Source of the DNA: Clostridiales bacterium
GTDB lineage: Bacteria; Bacillota; Clostridia; Lachnospirales; WRAX01
Reading direction: 5' to 3'
Length of the DNA: 52,916 nt
NCBI GenBank assembly: GCA_031277225.1
Contig: JAITMQ010000003.1
Coordinates: forward strand, 1-52,916
Part shown: positions 41,919-51,194 of the stretch, piece by piece
How positions within the stretch are numbered: the stretch's first letter is position 1
How the letters are laid out: each line of letters begins with the position of its first letter
The notes under the pieces: model-generated
Seen by the model: only the letters and a program-made list of their open reading frames with translations
What the model was told of the DNA's origin: nothing
The model's database searches: none
Program-made: the position numbers and the translations under genes

Positions 41919-43943
41919 ATGAAAAAATTTATTTTTGCAACAGCGGCTTTATTTGTATTATGTTTTGGGCTTGCGGTGCCGGTTTTTGGCATAGACGCCG
42001 CCCCACCGCCGGGTGTGCCGGACACAGGCCAAAACTTCACCCTAACCCTATCATCCTCGCCATACGAGGGCGGCCTAATGCGCTGGCGCACGCCGGATGA
42101 CACCGATTTTGGGCGCAATATAACCGAATTTTTCGGCGAAAACACTCGAATTCATTTGATGGCCGTGCCCGTCCAGGGCTGGGAATTCGTGGGCTGGTAT
42201 GAAGGGAATGCTCGAATTGACAGCGAAAGAGCGTTCACTTTCAACATAATATCAGACCGAAACCTCGAAGCAAGGTTTGTTCAAACGGGGCAGCAGCCTG
42301 CAACACCGCCAACACCGCCACCCGCAACGCCACCGCCAACCCCTGCACCAACACCACCACCAACCACGCCACCACCAACCACGCCGCCAACCCCACCCCC
42401 GACAACAACCGCCACCGGACGAGTTGTCGCCGCGGCACAAAGCTGGAATAGGATGGCATTATTGGATAATGGCGATTTATTCTCATGGGGCAGAAATGAC
42501 TTTGGCCATGTGGGCGACGGCACAACACAACCCCGCCACGAACCCGTTAAAATAATGGAAAATATTGTGGCCATTGCGGCGGGCGGCAATCATTCCTTGG
42601 CGCTTACGCGGGATGGTTATGTATATGGTTGGGGCGCAAATACCAGCGGTCAAGTTGGCGACTTTTCCGGGCATAGTGTCAACAGCCCCGCCAGAATAAT
42701 GGGAAATGTCAGGGCCATCGCCGCCGGTTCTACTTCCTCTTTTGCAATCACGACAGATAATGTCCTATGGGGTTGGGGTGCTTCTGCCTTGGGCGAATTA
42801 AGCGACCTTGCGAGGCAGCAATTGCAAGCAAGCGACCGTGTGCGTATAATGGATAATGTTGCGCAGGTTTCAATTTTATCCAATACCGTTAAGGCAGTCA
42901 GAACAGATGGGACATTGTGGGGCTGGGGCAGCATTATGGGAGCACAGATTTATATGAATACGATTAGGGCGGCAGGGGTTGAAGTCAGACAGCTTTCCAG
43001 ATGGCGCGACACCCCGCTTCTCTTTATTTCAACGCCTGTACAAATATTTGAAAATGTTGCCTATGTTTCAACAGGCACCCTCCACACCATGGCAATCACA
43101 ACAGACGGCGTTTTATGGGGCTGGGGCGCAAATCACCACGGCCAAATAGGAGATGGCACAGTCATAAGCAGGGCAGCACCCGGTCAAAGGTTTCATCCTG
43201 TCCGAATAATGGATAATGTGGTATCCGTTTCCACCCCTGCCGACATCGCAACCACGGCAATTACAGCCGACGGCTCTTTATGGGTTTGGGGATTCTCCGG
43301 AATTTTTGACTTTATCGAAGGCAGGGAATCAATTCCCACCCCCATGAGGGTTACGGAGGATATAGCCTCTATACCCGCCGAATCCTTAGCCATTACAACA
43401 CGCGGCGACTTATTGACCTGGACACCCATTTTGCATAGTGGCACATCTTGGTTCACAGGCGAACGGCAAGACCCAACACAGCCCGTAAGAATCGAATTCC
43501 CGATACAGGCGGGGCAGCCCTTGCACGCCACCGCAACAGCCGCGCCCTCCGCCCACAATGTCCGAATAAACGGCCAACCCGTGGCCTTGGCCGCTTTTAA
43601 TATTGGCGACAGCAATTTCTTTATGCTTCGCGACATTGCTTTTGCGCTAAACGGCACGGCAGGCCAATTTGAGGTGGCTTGGGATGGCGCGCGCAATGCC
43701 ATAAATTTGGTGAAAGGTCAAGCTTATACGCCCGTTGGCGGCGAAATGACGGCAGAGGGCGGGCAGGCCGCCACAGCCACGCCCACCACGGCCTCGGTGC
43801 TGGTAAACGGCCAACCCGTCAATTTGCGGGCTTATAATATAGGCGGCAATAATTTCTTCATGCTGCGCGACTTGGGCGAGGCTCTTGGTTTCGGCGTAGA
43901 TTGGGATGCCGCCACCGCCACTATACTAATTAACACAAACTAA
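41919..43943 (+). CDS. Secreted RCC1-repeat protein with an InlB-B-repeat-like N-domain, a Pro/Thr linker and two copper-amine-oxidase-N-like stalk domains
   Basis: Signal peptide; GWEFVGWY; a PT-rich linker; repeated (L/V)(W/Y)GWGAN..GQ(I/V)GDG blades; two C-terminal V.(I/V)NGQPV.L.A(F/Y)NIG..NFFMLRD repeats. Confidence 0.85.
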   Translation: MKKFIFATAALFVLCFGLAVPVFGIDAAPPPGVPDTGQNFTLTLSSSPYEGGLMRWRTPDDTDFGRNITEFFGENTRIHLMAVPVQGWEFVGWYEGNARIDSERAFTFNIISDRNLEARFVQTGQQPATPPTPPPATPPPTPAPTPPPTTPPPTTPPTPPPTTTATGRVVAAAQSWNRMALLDNGDLFSWGRNDFGHVGDGTTQPRHEPVKIMENIVAIAAGGNHSLALTRDGYVYGWGANTSGQVGDFSGHSVNSPARIMGNVRAIAAGSTSSFAITTDNVLWGWGASALGELSDLARQQLQASDRVRIMDNVAQVSILSNTVKAVRTDGTLWGWGSIMGAQIYMNTIRAAGVEVRQLSRWRDTPLLFISTPVQIFENVAYVSTGTLHTMAITTDGVLWGWGANHHGQIGDGTVISRAAPGQRFHPVRIMDNVVSVSTPADIATTAITADGSLWVWGFSGIFDFIEGRESIPTPMRVTEDIASIPAESLAITTRGDLLTWTPILHSGTSWFTGERQDPTQPVRIEFPIQAGQPLHATATAAPSAHNVRINGQPVALAAFNIGDSNFFMLRDIAFALNGTAGQFEVAWDGARNAINLVKGQAYTPVGGEMTAEGGQAATATPTTASVLVNGQPVNLRAYNIGGNNFFMLRDLGEALGFGVDWDAATATILINTN

Positions 43944-43948
43944 ACAAG

Positions 43949-44017
43949 CGTCATTCCGCGCTTGACGCGGAATCCCCCCTACTTGGCAAGGGGATTCCCG
44001 CTTTCGCGGGAATGACG
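43949..44017. repeat. Family D compound palindrome (two inverted ~28-nt units, each itself a hairpin)
   Basis: CGTCATTCCGCGcttgacGCGGAATCCCC ... GGGGATTCCCGCtttcGCGGGAATGACG. A related copy lies at 52358-52411. Confidence 0.9.
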
Positions 44018-44041
44018 TTTTATGGCAAAGGAGTGATACAT

Positions 44042-45316
44042 ATGAAAAAAATTCTGACAATATTTGCGGCGTTAATTTTGCTCCTCGTTTTCGCGGGATG
44101 TGAATACGCGGATTTGAGCTATTCCAATGCGGAATATATTCAAGACTTCGAGTATATGCTCGAAGTCCTGCGCGAGAATTTCCCATATTTCGGCATTGCC
44201 GAGCGGCGCTTTGGCGCAAATACAGAGCGGATTATTGACAATACCCGCCGCGCCCTTTTGGAGGCCGAAATCACCGATGCCGACCGGTTTGCGGACATTT
44301 TGCAGCTCAATTTCATCATGCCCCTGCGCAGCATCGGCCATCTATCCCTGCAAGACCGCGACGTTTTGCATTTGATTTTGGGCAATATTTATCGCGGGCC
44401 AATCGATTATAATGGCGAGCCAATCTATATGCATGGCCGCGATTTTACATATTGGGGGCTGAAATTTAAGGCCGTGGCGCGTTCCGAGGCCGCGCAACAG
44501 TTTTATGGGCTTATTGAGGTGGATTTGGGTTATGAATATGGCATGATTATGCCAAATAATGTCATAACCGAAGTCCTTACGCCCGGCGAAGTCGCCTATA
44601 TTCGCGTGAATCAATTTTGGCATTACAATATCCCGCATGACAAGGCCATAGTCTTTGACTTTTACGAAGAAATTCGCGGTTTTGACCATCTTATTTTGGA
44701 TTTTAGGGGCAATCCCGGCGGCTTTACGCGCTATTTCATCCAAATTTTTATGGCGCCGAATATTCCGTATGACCTTAAGCTTGACATTTACACCCTTTTT
44801 ATGGGCGGCGCGCACAATTTGGCCTGGATTGCGCCGACAAAAGACGATGCGCGCGTTTTTTACGACAGCGAATTGCAGAAAATTCCGCTGGATGAGATGT
44901 TGTATCGTTTTCCGAATTTGCATCCGGGGGATGCCGCAAAACTGGACTATATTTTGCCCCATCCCGTGCAAATCCGCTCCACGGGCGAGATGCTCTTTGA
45001 TGGCAAAATTTGGATTTTGGTTGACCCTTTTTCTGCCTCCGCCGTCGAATATGCCCTGCTTTACGCCATTGCCGCCGATTTTGCCACAATTGTGGGCGCG
45101 CCCACACGCGGGGTTACGGGCGGCGCGCTGACGGCTTTTGCGACGCTGCCGAATACGGGGCTGATTCTTCGTTATGATTTTGGCTATTTTATTGACGCGA
45201 CGGGCCGCGCAATTGATGAATTTGGCGTTGCGCCGCATTATACAAATCTGCCGGGGCAAAATGCTTTGCAGACTGTCATGTATCTAATTTTGAACGATAG
45301 GAGTTATTATGATTGA
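44042..45316 (+). CDS. S41-family (C-terminal processing-type) peptidase lipoprotein
   Basis: Lipobox LLLVFAGC. LILDFRGNPGGF and ILVDPFSASAVEYA (Ser nucleophile context) are present. Confidence 0.85.
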   Translation: MKKILTIFAALILLLVFAGCEYADLSYSNAEYIQDFEYMLEVLRENFPYFGIAERRFGANTERIIDNTRRALLEAEITDADRFADILQLNFIMPLRSIGHLSLQDRDVLHLILGNIYRGPIDYNGEPIYMHGRDFTYWGLKFKAVARSEAAQQFYGLIEVDLGYEYGMIMPNNVITEVLTPGEVAYIRVNQFWHYNIPHDKAIVFDFYEEIRGFDHLILDFRGNPGGFTRYFIQIFMAPNIPYDLKLDIYTLFMGGAHNLAWIAPTKDDARVFYDSELQKIPLDEMLYRFPNLHPGDAAKLDYILPHPVQIRSTGEMLFDGKIWILVDPFSASAVEYALLYAIAADFATIVGAPTRGVTGGALTAFATLPNTGLILRYDFGYFIDATGRAIDEFGVAPHYTNLPGQNALQTVMYLILNDRSYYD

Positions 45317-45935
45317 AAAATTTAAGACTATTGCACAGCCCGGCGAGGCGGAGTTTTTCGAGAAAAATTCGCGTTTTATCGGCTATGCTTATCCGGTTGA
45401 GGGCGAGGAGGCGGCACAGGCGTATTTAAGCGACCTGCGGCGGCTTCATGTTAAGGCTGCCCACAATTGTTTTGCCTATCAAATTGGGATGAACAACGAA
45501 TTCATCCGCCAAAGCGACGATGGCGAGCCTTCCGGCACGGCGGGCCTGCCTATTTTGGATGTCATTCAAAAGCAGGGCCTGCGGAATGTTTTGGTGGTGG
45601 TTACGCGGTATTTTGGCGGGATTTTGCTTGGCGCGGGCGGCCTTGTGCGCGCATATAGCCGCGCCGCGAAGGAGGCCGTGGCCGCCGCCGGCATAATTGA
45701 ACCCGTCCTGCACCAAAAATTCCAAATCGCCGTGCCATATACCCTGGGCGGCAAGCTGGAACACGAAATTCGCCTGCAGAACTATATTCTCGTAGACACC
45801 GCCTATGCGGAAGAAGTAAGCTTCACACTCCTAACCCCCGCCCAAAACGCCGAAGCCCTAATAAAGCACCTAACAAACCTAACCAATGCCAAAGCAGTCA
45901 TCATCCCCGCCGAACAGCTGTACTATTCACCATGA
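45309..45935 (+). CDS. yigZ: YigZ/IMPACT family protein
   Basis: KNSRFIGYAYPVE...AHNCFAYQIG...QSDDGEPSGTAGLPIL...VVVTRYFGGILLGAGGLVRAY. Confidence 0.9.
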   Translation: MIEKFKTIAQPGEAEFFEKNSRFIGYAYPVEGEEAAQAYLSDLRRLHVKAAHNCFAYQIGMNNEFIRQSDDGEPSGTAGLPILDVIQKQGLRNVLVVVTRYFGGILLGAGGLVRAYSRAAKEAVAAAGIIEPVLHQKFQIAVPYTLGGKLEHEIRLQNYILVDTAYAEEVSFTLLTPAQNAEALIKHLTNLTNAKAVIIPAEQLYYSP

Positions 45936-46252
45936 TGATATATGTATCTCTTAACCATATCCAAAATAAATAATTTCCCATTTTCATCCACAGAATGTAA
46001 TAAAATATTAATCTCCCGAATCAAGCCGTCCTCCCCGGCTTCTTTTAGGCTGTCGCTGAGTAGGCTATCGACCGTTGTTCCTAGGGCGTTGGCTATGTCT
46101 ACCAAAGTCTTTACGCTGGGATTACATTCCCCTCGTTCAATTTGTCCAACAAAATGCAAACTTTTGTCAATCCGCTCCGACAATTGCTCAATAGTCAGGC
46201 GCGACAAAAGCCTCTCATCCCTAATCCGCTTCCCCAAAAGTTTAACGTCCAT
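45923..46252 (-). CDS. XRE-family HTH regulator (109 aa)
   Basis: LGKRIRDERLLSRLTIEQLSERIDKSLHFVGQIERGECNPSVKTLVDIANAL. It converges on yigZ and overlaps it by 13 nt. Confidence 0.85.
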   Translation of the reverse strand: MDVKLLGKRIRDERLLSRLTIEQLSERIDKSLHFVGQIERGECNPSVKTLVDIANALGTTVDSLLSDSLKEAGEDGLIREINILLHSVDENGKLFILDMVKRYIYHHGE

Positions 46253-46323
46253 ATAAAAACACCCCCACCACTATTTTACATGCACTAAAAACTTTATTTA
46301 AGTGGATAATACTATTTTTTATA

Positions 46324-46352
46324 TTGACAAATACTGTTTTTGATGATACAAT
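46324..46352 (+). promoter_or_regulatory. Sigma-A promoter (TTGACA-17-TACAAT, TGn)
   Basis: TTGACA 46324-46329 and TACAAT 46347-46352. Confidence 0.6.
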
Positions 46353-46400
46353 GCACTATAACATTCTAATAACAAAAATTTCCGAAGAGGTGGTATGCGT

Positions 46401-46559
46401 ATGTCGAAAGAGTTTAATGAGGCCAGTACACAAATCGAGCTTAGGCAAAAGGAGCTTGAAGCTTTGAGGGAAAAGCGGGACGCGCTTTCAAAAGAATTGG
46501 AAGAAATTGAAGCGCTGCGGAAAGCGAAATATGCAGAGCGGAACATGGAAGGGCAATAG
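46401..46559 (+). CDS. Possible 52-aa coiled-coil micro-protein
   Basis: ATG 46401 follows GAGGTGG. The sequence MSKEFNEASTQIELRQKELEALREKRDALSKELEEIEALRKAKYAERNMEGQ is bracketed by a good promoter and an intrinsic terminator. Confidence 0.45.
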   Translation: MSKEFNEASTQIELRQKELEALREKRDALSKELEEIEALRKAKYAERNMEGQ

Positions 46560-46589
46560 GTTCACAAGCGTCTTATTCCTACATAACAC

Positions 46590-46617
46590 AAAACCCCCTT
46601 TCCGCCAAGGGGGTTTT
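46590..46617 (+). terminator. Rho-independent terminator
   Basis: AAAACCCCCTT-tccgcc-AAGGGGGTTTT. Confidence 0.72.
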
Positions 46618-46620
46618 ATC

Positions 46621-46648
46621 TTGCAATTTTTGTTTTTTGTGGTATAAT
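46621..46648 (+). promoter_or_regulatory. Sigma-A promoter for the 80-aa ORF + Uma2 unit
   Basis: TTGCAA (46621-46626), a 16-nt spacer, then TATAAT (46643-46648) with TGn. Confidence 0.6.
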
Positions 46649-46668
46649 CAAAAGGGGTGATGGTTTCG

Positions 46669-46908
46669 ATGAATAAATTGAGGCTTAAGATTGCTACTCC
46701 GGAATATGTTGTCTATTTTTATTATCCGGAGGGCGAGGGCGAATATGGGGAGATTCGCATGAATATCGACGATGGCGAGGCCTTTGTGGTGTCGCGGGCA
46801 AGCGGGGATACGACTGCCGGGATGTATGCCTTTAAGGCCACAAGGGCTGTTAAAGAATGTGTTCAAGACAAAAATTTCCCTTTGGAATTTTCGCAAGCAT
46901 GGCATTAG
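46669..46908 (+). CDS. 79-aa hypothetical protein
   Basis: ATG 46669 follows AAGGGGTGA. The protein begins MNKLRLKIATPEYVVYFYYPEGEGEYGEIRMNIDDGEAFVV. No family was recognised. Confidence 0.55.
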   Translation: MNKLRLKIATPEYVVYFYYPEGEGEYGEIRMNIDDGEAFVVSRASGDTTAGMYAFKATRAVKECVQDKNFPLEFSQAWH

Positions 46909-46938
46909 GCGCAATATTGCGTTGTGAGGAGGTTGAAT

Positions 46939-47523
46939 ATGTCGGTTTTAGCTTATCCTTTGTCAAAAAGGCATATGCCGCCGCGAACTAAGGAGATTAT
47001 TGGCGGCAAGGTTGTAATGATGGCCCCTGCGCGGGTTGCGCATCAAGATGCAGAGGTGAATCTTGTTGAGATTTTTCGTCGCTATTTGCGCGGAAAGCGT
47101 TGCAAAATCTTGACAAATGCCTATTTGCACCTAACGGACGAAGATAAATTCGTTCCCGATATTATGATTGTCTGCAATAGAAAGATAATCAAACCAAATG
47201 GCGTTTTTGGCGCACCCGACCTTGTTGTGGAAATTTTATCTCGCAGCAGTATGAGCAGCGACAGAAACGACAAAAAAGCGGTCTACGAAAAATGCGGCGT
47301 TAAGGAATATTGGATTGTAACCGCCGAAGCCCGCACAATTGAGGTTTATTTGCTGACAGACGGCAAATACCGCCTGGACAATACCTATGCCGCCATTGAC
47401 GAAATTGATAAAGAATTTATGACCGAAGAAGAAATAGAAAATATTGTTCATGAATTTAAAACCTCAATTTTTGACGATTTAATTATAAAAATCGAAGAAG
47501 TATTTGAAGATATGGACTATTAG
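46939..47523 (+). CDS. Uma2-family (DUF820) endonuclease
   Basis: KFVPDIMIV...APDLVVEILSRSS...DKKAVYEKCGVKEYWIV carries the PD-(D/E)xK-type Uma2 signature. ATG 46939 follows GAGGAGG. Confidence 0.85.
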   Translation: MSVLAYPLSKRHMPPRTKEIIGGKVVMMAPARVAHQDAEVNLVEIFRRYLRGKRCKILTNAYLHLTDEDKFVPDIMIVCNRKIIKPNGVFGAPDLVVEILSRSSMSSDRNDKKAVYEKCGVKEYWIVTAEARTIEVYLLTDGKYRLDNTYAAIDEIDKEFMTEEEIENIVHEFKTSIFDDLIIKIEEVFEDMDY

Positions 47524-47540
47524 AATTTTAGGAGGATATT

Positions 47541-48266
47541 ATGGCGGGACATTCTAAGTTTGCTAATATTAAGCATAAGAAGGAGAAGCAGGATTCTAAG
47601 CGGGCCAAGCTTTTTACAAAGTTTGGCAAGGAGTTGTCGGTGGCGGTTAAGATGGGCGGGGCAGACCCCGGCGCGAATAATCGCCTGCGGGATGTTATTG
47701 CCAAGGCCAAGGCCAATAATATGCCGAATGACAATATTGACAGGGCCATAAAAAAGGCCGCGGGCGACAAAGGAAGCGCGAATTTTGAGGCCTTTACCTA
47801 TGAGGGCTTTGGGCCGGGCGGCGTGGCCGTTATGGTGGAAACGCTAAGCGATAATCGAACGCGAACGGTAAGCAATGTTCGCGCGGCCTTTAATCGCGGC
47901 GAGGGCAATTTGGGCGTAACCGGTTCGGTTAATTTTCAATTTGACCATATCGGGCAAATTACCGTGCTTAAGGCCGACGATATTTGCGAAGAGGATTTAA
48001 TGATGCTGGTTTTAGAAGCGGGCGCGACCGATGTTTTAACCGAAGAAGAAGGCTATGAAATTATCACCGAGCCGAACAGCTTGGGTTGTGTTTTGGAGGC
48101 CATGGAGGCGGCCGCCATTCCCGTGCTGACCGCCGAGGTAATAATGCAGCCAAAACTCTATACCACCCTAACAGACCCGCTTGACATCAAAAATATGAAT
48201 AAAATCCTAAACACCCTCGAAGACGACGACGATGTGCAGGCGGTCTTCCATAATTGGGAAGAATGA
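47541..48266 (+). CDS. yebC: YebC/PmpR family DNA-binding regulator
   Basis: MAGHSKFANIKHKKEKQD... Confidence 0.95.
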   Translation: MAGHSKFANIKHKKEKQDSKRAKLFTKFGKELSVAVKMGGADPGANNRLRDVIAKAKANNMPNDNIDRAIKKAAGDKGSANFEAFTYEGFGPGGVAVMVETLSDNRTRTVSNVRAAFNRGEGNLGVTGSVNFQFDHIGQITVLKADDICEEDLMMLVLEAGATDVLTEEEGYEIITEPNSLGCVLEAMEAAAIPVLTAEVIMQPKLYTTLTDPLDIKNMNKILNTLEDDDDVQAVFHNWEE

Positions 48267-48275
48267 AATGAAGAT

Positions 48276-48317
48276 TAGGGCGTGCTGCCACTATAAAGTC
48301 AGTGGCAGCACGCCCTA
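48276..48317. terminator. 17-bp-stem hairpin between convergent yebC and the MCP gene
   Basis: TAGGGCGTGCTGCCACT-ataaagtc-AGTGGCAGCACGCCCTA. Confidence 0.68.
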
Positions 48318-48329
48318 GATTTAAGCTTC

Positions 48330-50669
48330 TTAATAATTTTTTACCCTAAACCTCTCAACCAGGCCTTTAAGTGTGCTTGCTTGTGCGGAGAGCTCCTCAC
48401 TTACGGCGGCATTGCTTTGCACCGCCATGGCATTTTCGTTCGCCGCGTTGTAAATGGCCTCCATGCTATTTTGAATTTTACCGATTTCGTCGGCTTGCTC
48501 GCCCGAAACGGCCGCAATATTCGCCACAACCCGGCCAATATTTGAAATCATATCAACGATATTTTGCAAAGCACCCGCCGTCTGCGCGGATTTTGCCGTT
48601 CCCGCGTCCACATGGCCCAAGGACTTGGCAATAAGCTCCGCCGTGTCTTGAGCGGCGGCGGCAGAACGCCCCGCAAGGCTTCGCACTTCTTCGGCCACAA
48701 CCGCAAAGCCCTTGCCATGCTCGCCCGCGCGCGCCGCCTCAACCGAGGCATTAAGCGCAAGCAAATTCGTCTGGAAGGCAATGCCTTCAATAATGCTGAC
48801 AATTTTGGCAATTTCGCCCGAAGAACCCTTAATTTCGTCCATTGCGGCGGACATGTCCTGCATATACTCGCTTCCCTCGGCGGCGGCCTTTTGAACCTGC
48901 TCGGACAGCGAATTCGCATTTTGCGCGTCTTCGGCGTTTTCCTTGGTTTTTTCGGTTAAAATGCCGACGGCGTCCTTAACCAAACTCATGGACGAGGCCT
49001 GCTCCTCGAAGCTGGACATTAAATTTTGTGTCGAGTCGGAAATATCGGCAGCACCATCCTCAACCCCCGCAGATGCCTCTTGAATTTGGGAAACAAGCCC
49101 GCTTATGGAATCCACAATCGAATCCAAAGAATTCTTGATAGAGCCAAAATCTCCAATATATTGCTGCTTAATTTGCGTGTTAAAATTATTCTCGGAAAAT
49201 TCACCAAGAGTATAGGTAATTTCATCTACATAGCCCTTAACAACCCCCACACTCTTTTGCAAAACGCCCTGCATAATGTCGAATTCCTGCGCAATTTCGC
49301 GCGTATCGTCGTCGCTTGCGCTTTTTGCGATATTAAGCGAAAGATTGCCCTTCTCAAAGGCCGCAGACAGGCTGTCCATAAGCTTTTTAGACTGCTCATT
49401 GCGATAAATGGCCAATTTTTCGTTGTGCCGCGCAGAATTTCTAATGTCCGTAAAGTCCGTAAGCATAAGCGCAAGCCCCGAAACATCGCCTTTAGCACTC
49501 CAAAGAGGCACGGGCACCAAAAACAGGTCAAAAAACATATCGGGTCGTCTTGGGTCAAGAGCCAGGCGCGCCTCGAAGCTTTCAGAGCTGCCGTCGCGCA
49601 TACAATTCGTGATATTTGCGCGGTTTGACATATTGTCCTTCATTATGTCGTTTATATTCATGCCGATGGACGAATCGGTGTTTAGGCCGCTAAAGCTGTT
49701 AAATCCGGGATTTGTATATGTAACCTTATAATCCCTGTCAAACACAACCATGGGATTCGTATAATTCATATAGTCCACAAGTTCCTCCACAAGGCCGTTA
49801 ACGCCGTCCAGAATCTCCTTATAGACCCCGCCGGATTGCGTGCAATCAAGGCGGTGATTTAATTGCCCCTCTCTAATTTTTGTTTCGGAGCTGACAAATT
49901 CCGACATCAAGCTATTCATGCTTTCGACAATTTCCATAAAGGCGGCGGAAACCTGCCCAACCTCGTCATTGGAATTGGCCTGCAAATTCACGGCAAGATT
50001 GCCTTTGGCAAGCTCTTTTGCGTTGACGGCCAGGGCATGTAAGGGCTTTAACATTCTGCCGATTACAAAAACCAAAAGCGCGGACGCAATGAGAATTCCG
50101 CCCACGGTGGGCACCATGTCCATAAAAATTTCCCAGCCGATATTGACCACAGCGTCGGCATCAAAAAAGCTGATAATTGTCCAGCCCAAGAGGGGATAGG
50201 CACTTATATAAGCCAATTTGTCCGCGCCCGTTATGGCCGAATTATGCTCGAACATAACATTCATGGGCACATAGCCAAAGGCCTCCACAACGCCCAAATC
50301 GCCGAGGGTTCGGCCAATATAGGCGGCTCTGTTGGAGAAAACTATGATTCCTTCGGCATTGGCTATATTAATGAAGCTTACGTCGCCATATAGAGCCTGC
50401 CCTAAAGTGTGGTTCAAAAAGTCGGTTTCGTCGACAAGTTGCGACAGGCCGTCGCTGTCAACAATGCCGTTTGTAAGCCTAACCGAGTCCAAAATTCCAA
50501 TGGTGGCACTTGCATTGCTTAGCAAACGCTCGCTGATTTGGTCATGGGTTATTTCGGAAAAGCGCGAAGCGCGCAATGTCGCCACCAAAGCCGTAGCCGC
50601 CACAACAACAAAAACTAAAACCAAAATAACTTTGGTTCTTATGCCCAAATTTCTAATAAATTTAATCAT
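48330..50669 (-). CDS. Methyl-accepting chemotaxis protein (Cache-like sensor, HAMP, PAS-like insert, MCP signalling domain)
   Basis: The highly conserved [31 protein letters not shown] is present. Two TM segments flank a periplasmic domain. Confidence 0.93.
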   Translation of the reverse strand: MIKFIRNLGIRTKVILVLVFVVVAATALVATLRASRFSEITHDQISERLLSNASATIGILDSVRLTNGIVDSDGLSQLVDETDFLNHTLGQALYGDVSFINIANAEGIIVFSNRAAYIGRTLGDLGVVEAFGYVPMNVMFEHNSAITGADKLAYISAYPLLGWTIISFFDADAVVNIGWEIFMDMVPTVGGILIASALLVFVIGRMLKPLHALAVNAKELAKGNLAVNLQANSNDEVGQVSAAFMEIVESMNSLMSEFVSSETKIREGQLNHRLDCTQSGGVYKEILDGVNGLVEELVDYMNYTNPMVVFDRDYKVTYTNPGFNSFSGLNTDSSIGMNINDIMKDNMSNRANITNCMRDGSSESFEARLALDPRRPDMFFDLFLVPVPLWSAKGDVSGLALMLTDFTDIRNSARHNEKLAIYRNEQSKKLMDSLSAAFEKGNLSLNIAKSASDDDTREIAQEFDIMQGVLQKSVGVVKGYVDEITYTLGEFSENNFNTQIKQQYIGDFGSIKNSLDSIVDSISGLVSQIQEASAGVEDGAADISDSTQNLMSSFEEQASSMSLVKDAVGILTEKTKENAEDAQNANSLSEQVQKAAAEGSEYMQDMSAAMDEIKGSSGEIAKIVSIIEGIAFQTNLLALNASVEAARAGEHGKGFAVVAEEVRSLAGRSAAAAQDTAELIAKSLGHVDAGTAKSAQTAGALQNIVDMISNIGRVVANIAAVSGEQADEIGKIQNSMEAIYNAANENAMAVQSNAAVSEELSAQASTLKGLVERFRVKNY

Positions 50670-50851
50670 CTACCCCACCCTTTTTAATTTTTTGTCAATG
50701 ATTATTTATAGCATTTGTCCGGACTTCTGTCAAGAGGTAAAAAAAGCCTTGTAGCCAAGTTTTTTTGCAAGTTAAAATTTATGCTTGATTTTGCTTTAAA
50801 AATTTGGTATACTTGGATAAGTATGGAAATTTTAGCAAAGGGGATGAGGGT

Positions 50852-51184
50852 ATGGAGCTGGGTTTTGTGGAACGCAACGGAAATTTGATTGTTAAAATTA
50901 GAGGCGAAATTGACCATCACAGCGCGGACAGGATTCGCCACTCGGTTGAATCGCAATTTAAGTCTTCGGGCGCGCGCAATATCGTCTTCGATTTTGCCCG
51001 CGTAAGTTTTATGGATTCGTCGGGAATTGGCATGGTTATTGGCCGCTATAAAGAGCTTAACAAAATCGGCGGCCGCGTTTTCGCCATAAATATCGGCAGC
51101 GAACTTAGCCGAATTTTTGAAATTTCGGGCTTAAAGAAGATTATACCTTGTTTTGCAAGCCTTGATGAGATTGAGAATTCTTAG
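50852..51184 (+). CDS. spoIIAA: Anti-sigma-F factor antagonist (STAS)
   Basis: LIVKIRGEIDHHSA...FMDSSGIGMVIGRY contains the phosphorylatable Ser context. It lies upstream of spoIIAB-sigF. Confidence 0.9.
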   Translation: MELGFVERNGNLIVKIRGEIDHHSADRIRHSVESQFKSSGARNIVFDFARVSFMDSSGIGMVIGRYKELNKIGGRVFAINIGSELSRIFEISGLKKIIPCFASLDEIENS

Positions 51185-51194
51185 GGGGGATAAA

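Noticed and set aside
42241-42589. Several overlapping ORFs on both strands rich in W/R/G/C or H/Q/P (for example 42252..42440 and 42277..42555).
   Set aside because: They are by-products of the CCA/CCG/ACN low-complexity tract that encodes the Pro/Thr linker of the RCC1 protein.
44342-45259. 305-aa minus-strand ORF antisense to the S41 peptidase gene. Similar long antisense ORFs occur at 5981..6697, 3395..3871, 29042..29548, 36761..37315, 39885..40487, 35130..35666 and 51718..52293.
   Set aside because: All lie fully inside genes that have strong family motifs on the other strand. Their translations are Arg/Pro/Gly/Ile-rich low complexity with no recognisable domains and no RBS, as expected for antisense frames of moderately GC-rich coding DNA.
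46319-46546. 75-aa minus-strand ORF in the track.
   Set aside because: It is a Ser/Phe-rich low-complexity antisense frame of a plus-strand 52-codon ORF that has its own promoter, RBS and terminator.
50670-50851. Searched for the expected sigma-H promoter and Spo0A boxes (TGNCGAA) upstream of spoIIAA.
   Set aside because: Only weak partial matches were found (TGTCAAG, AGAGGTAAA), with no GAAT -10 element at the correct spacing. This is not good enough to annotate.
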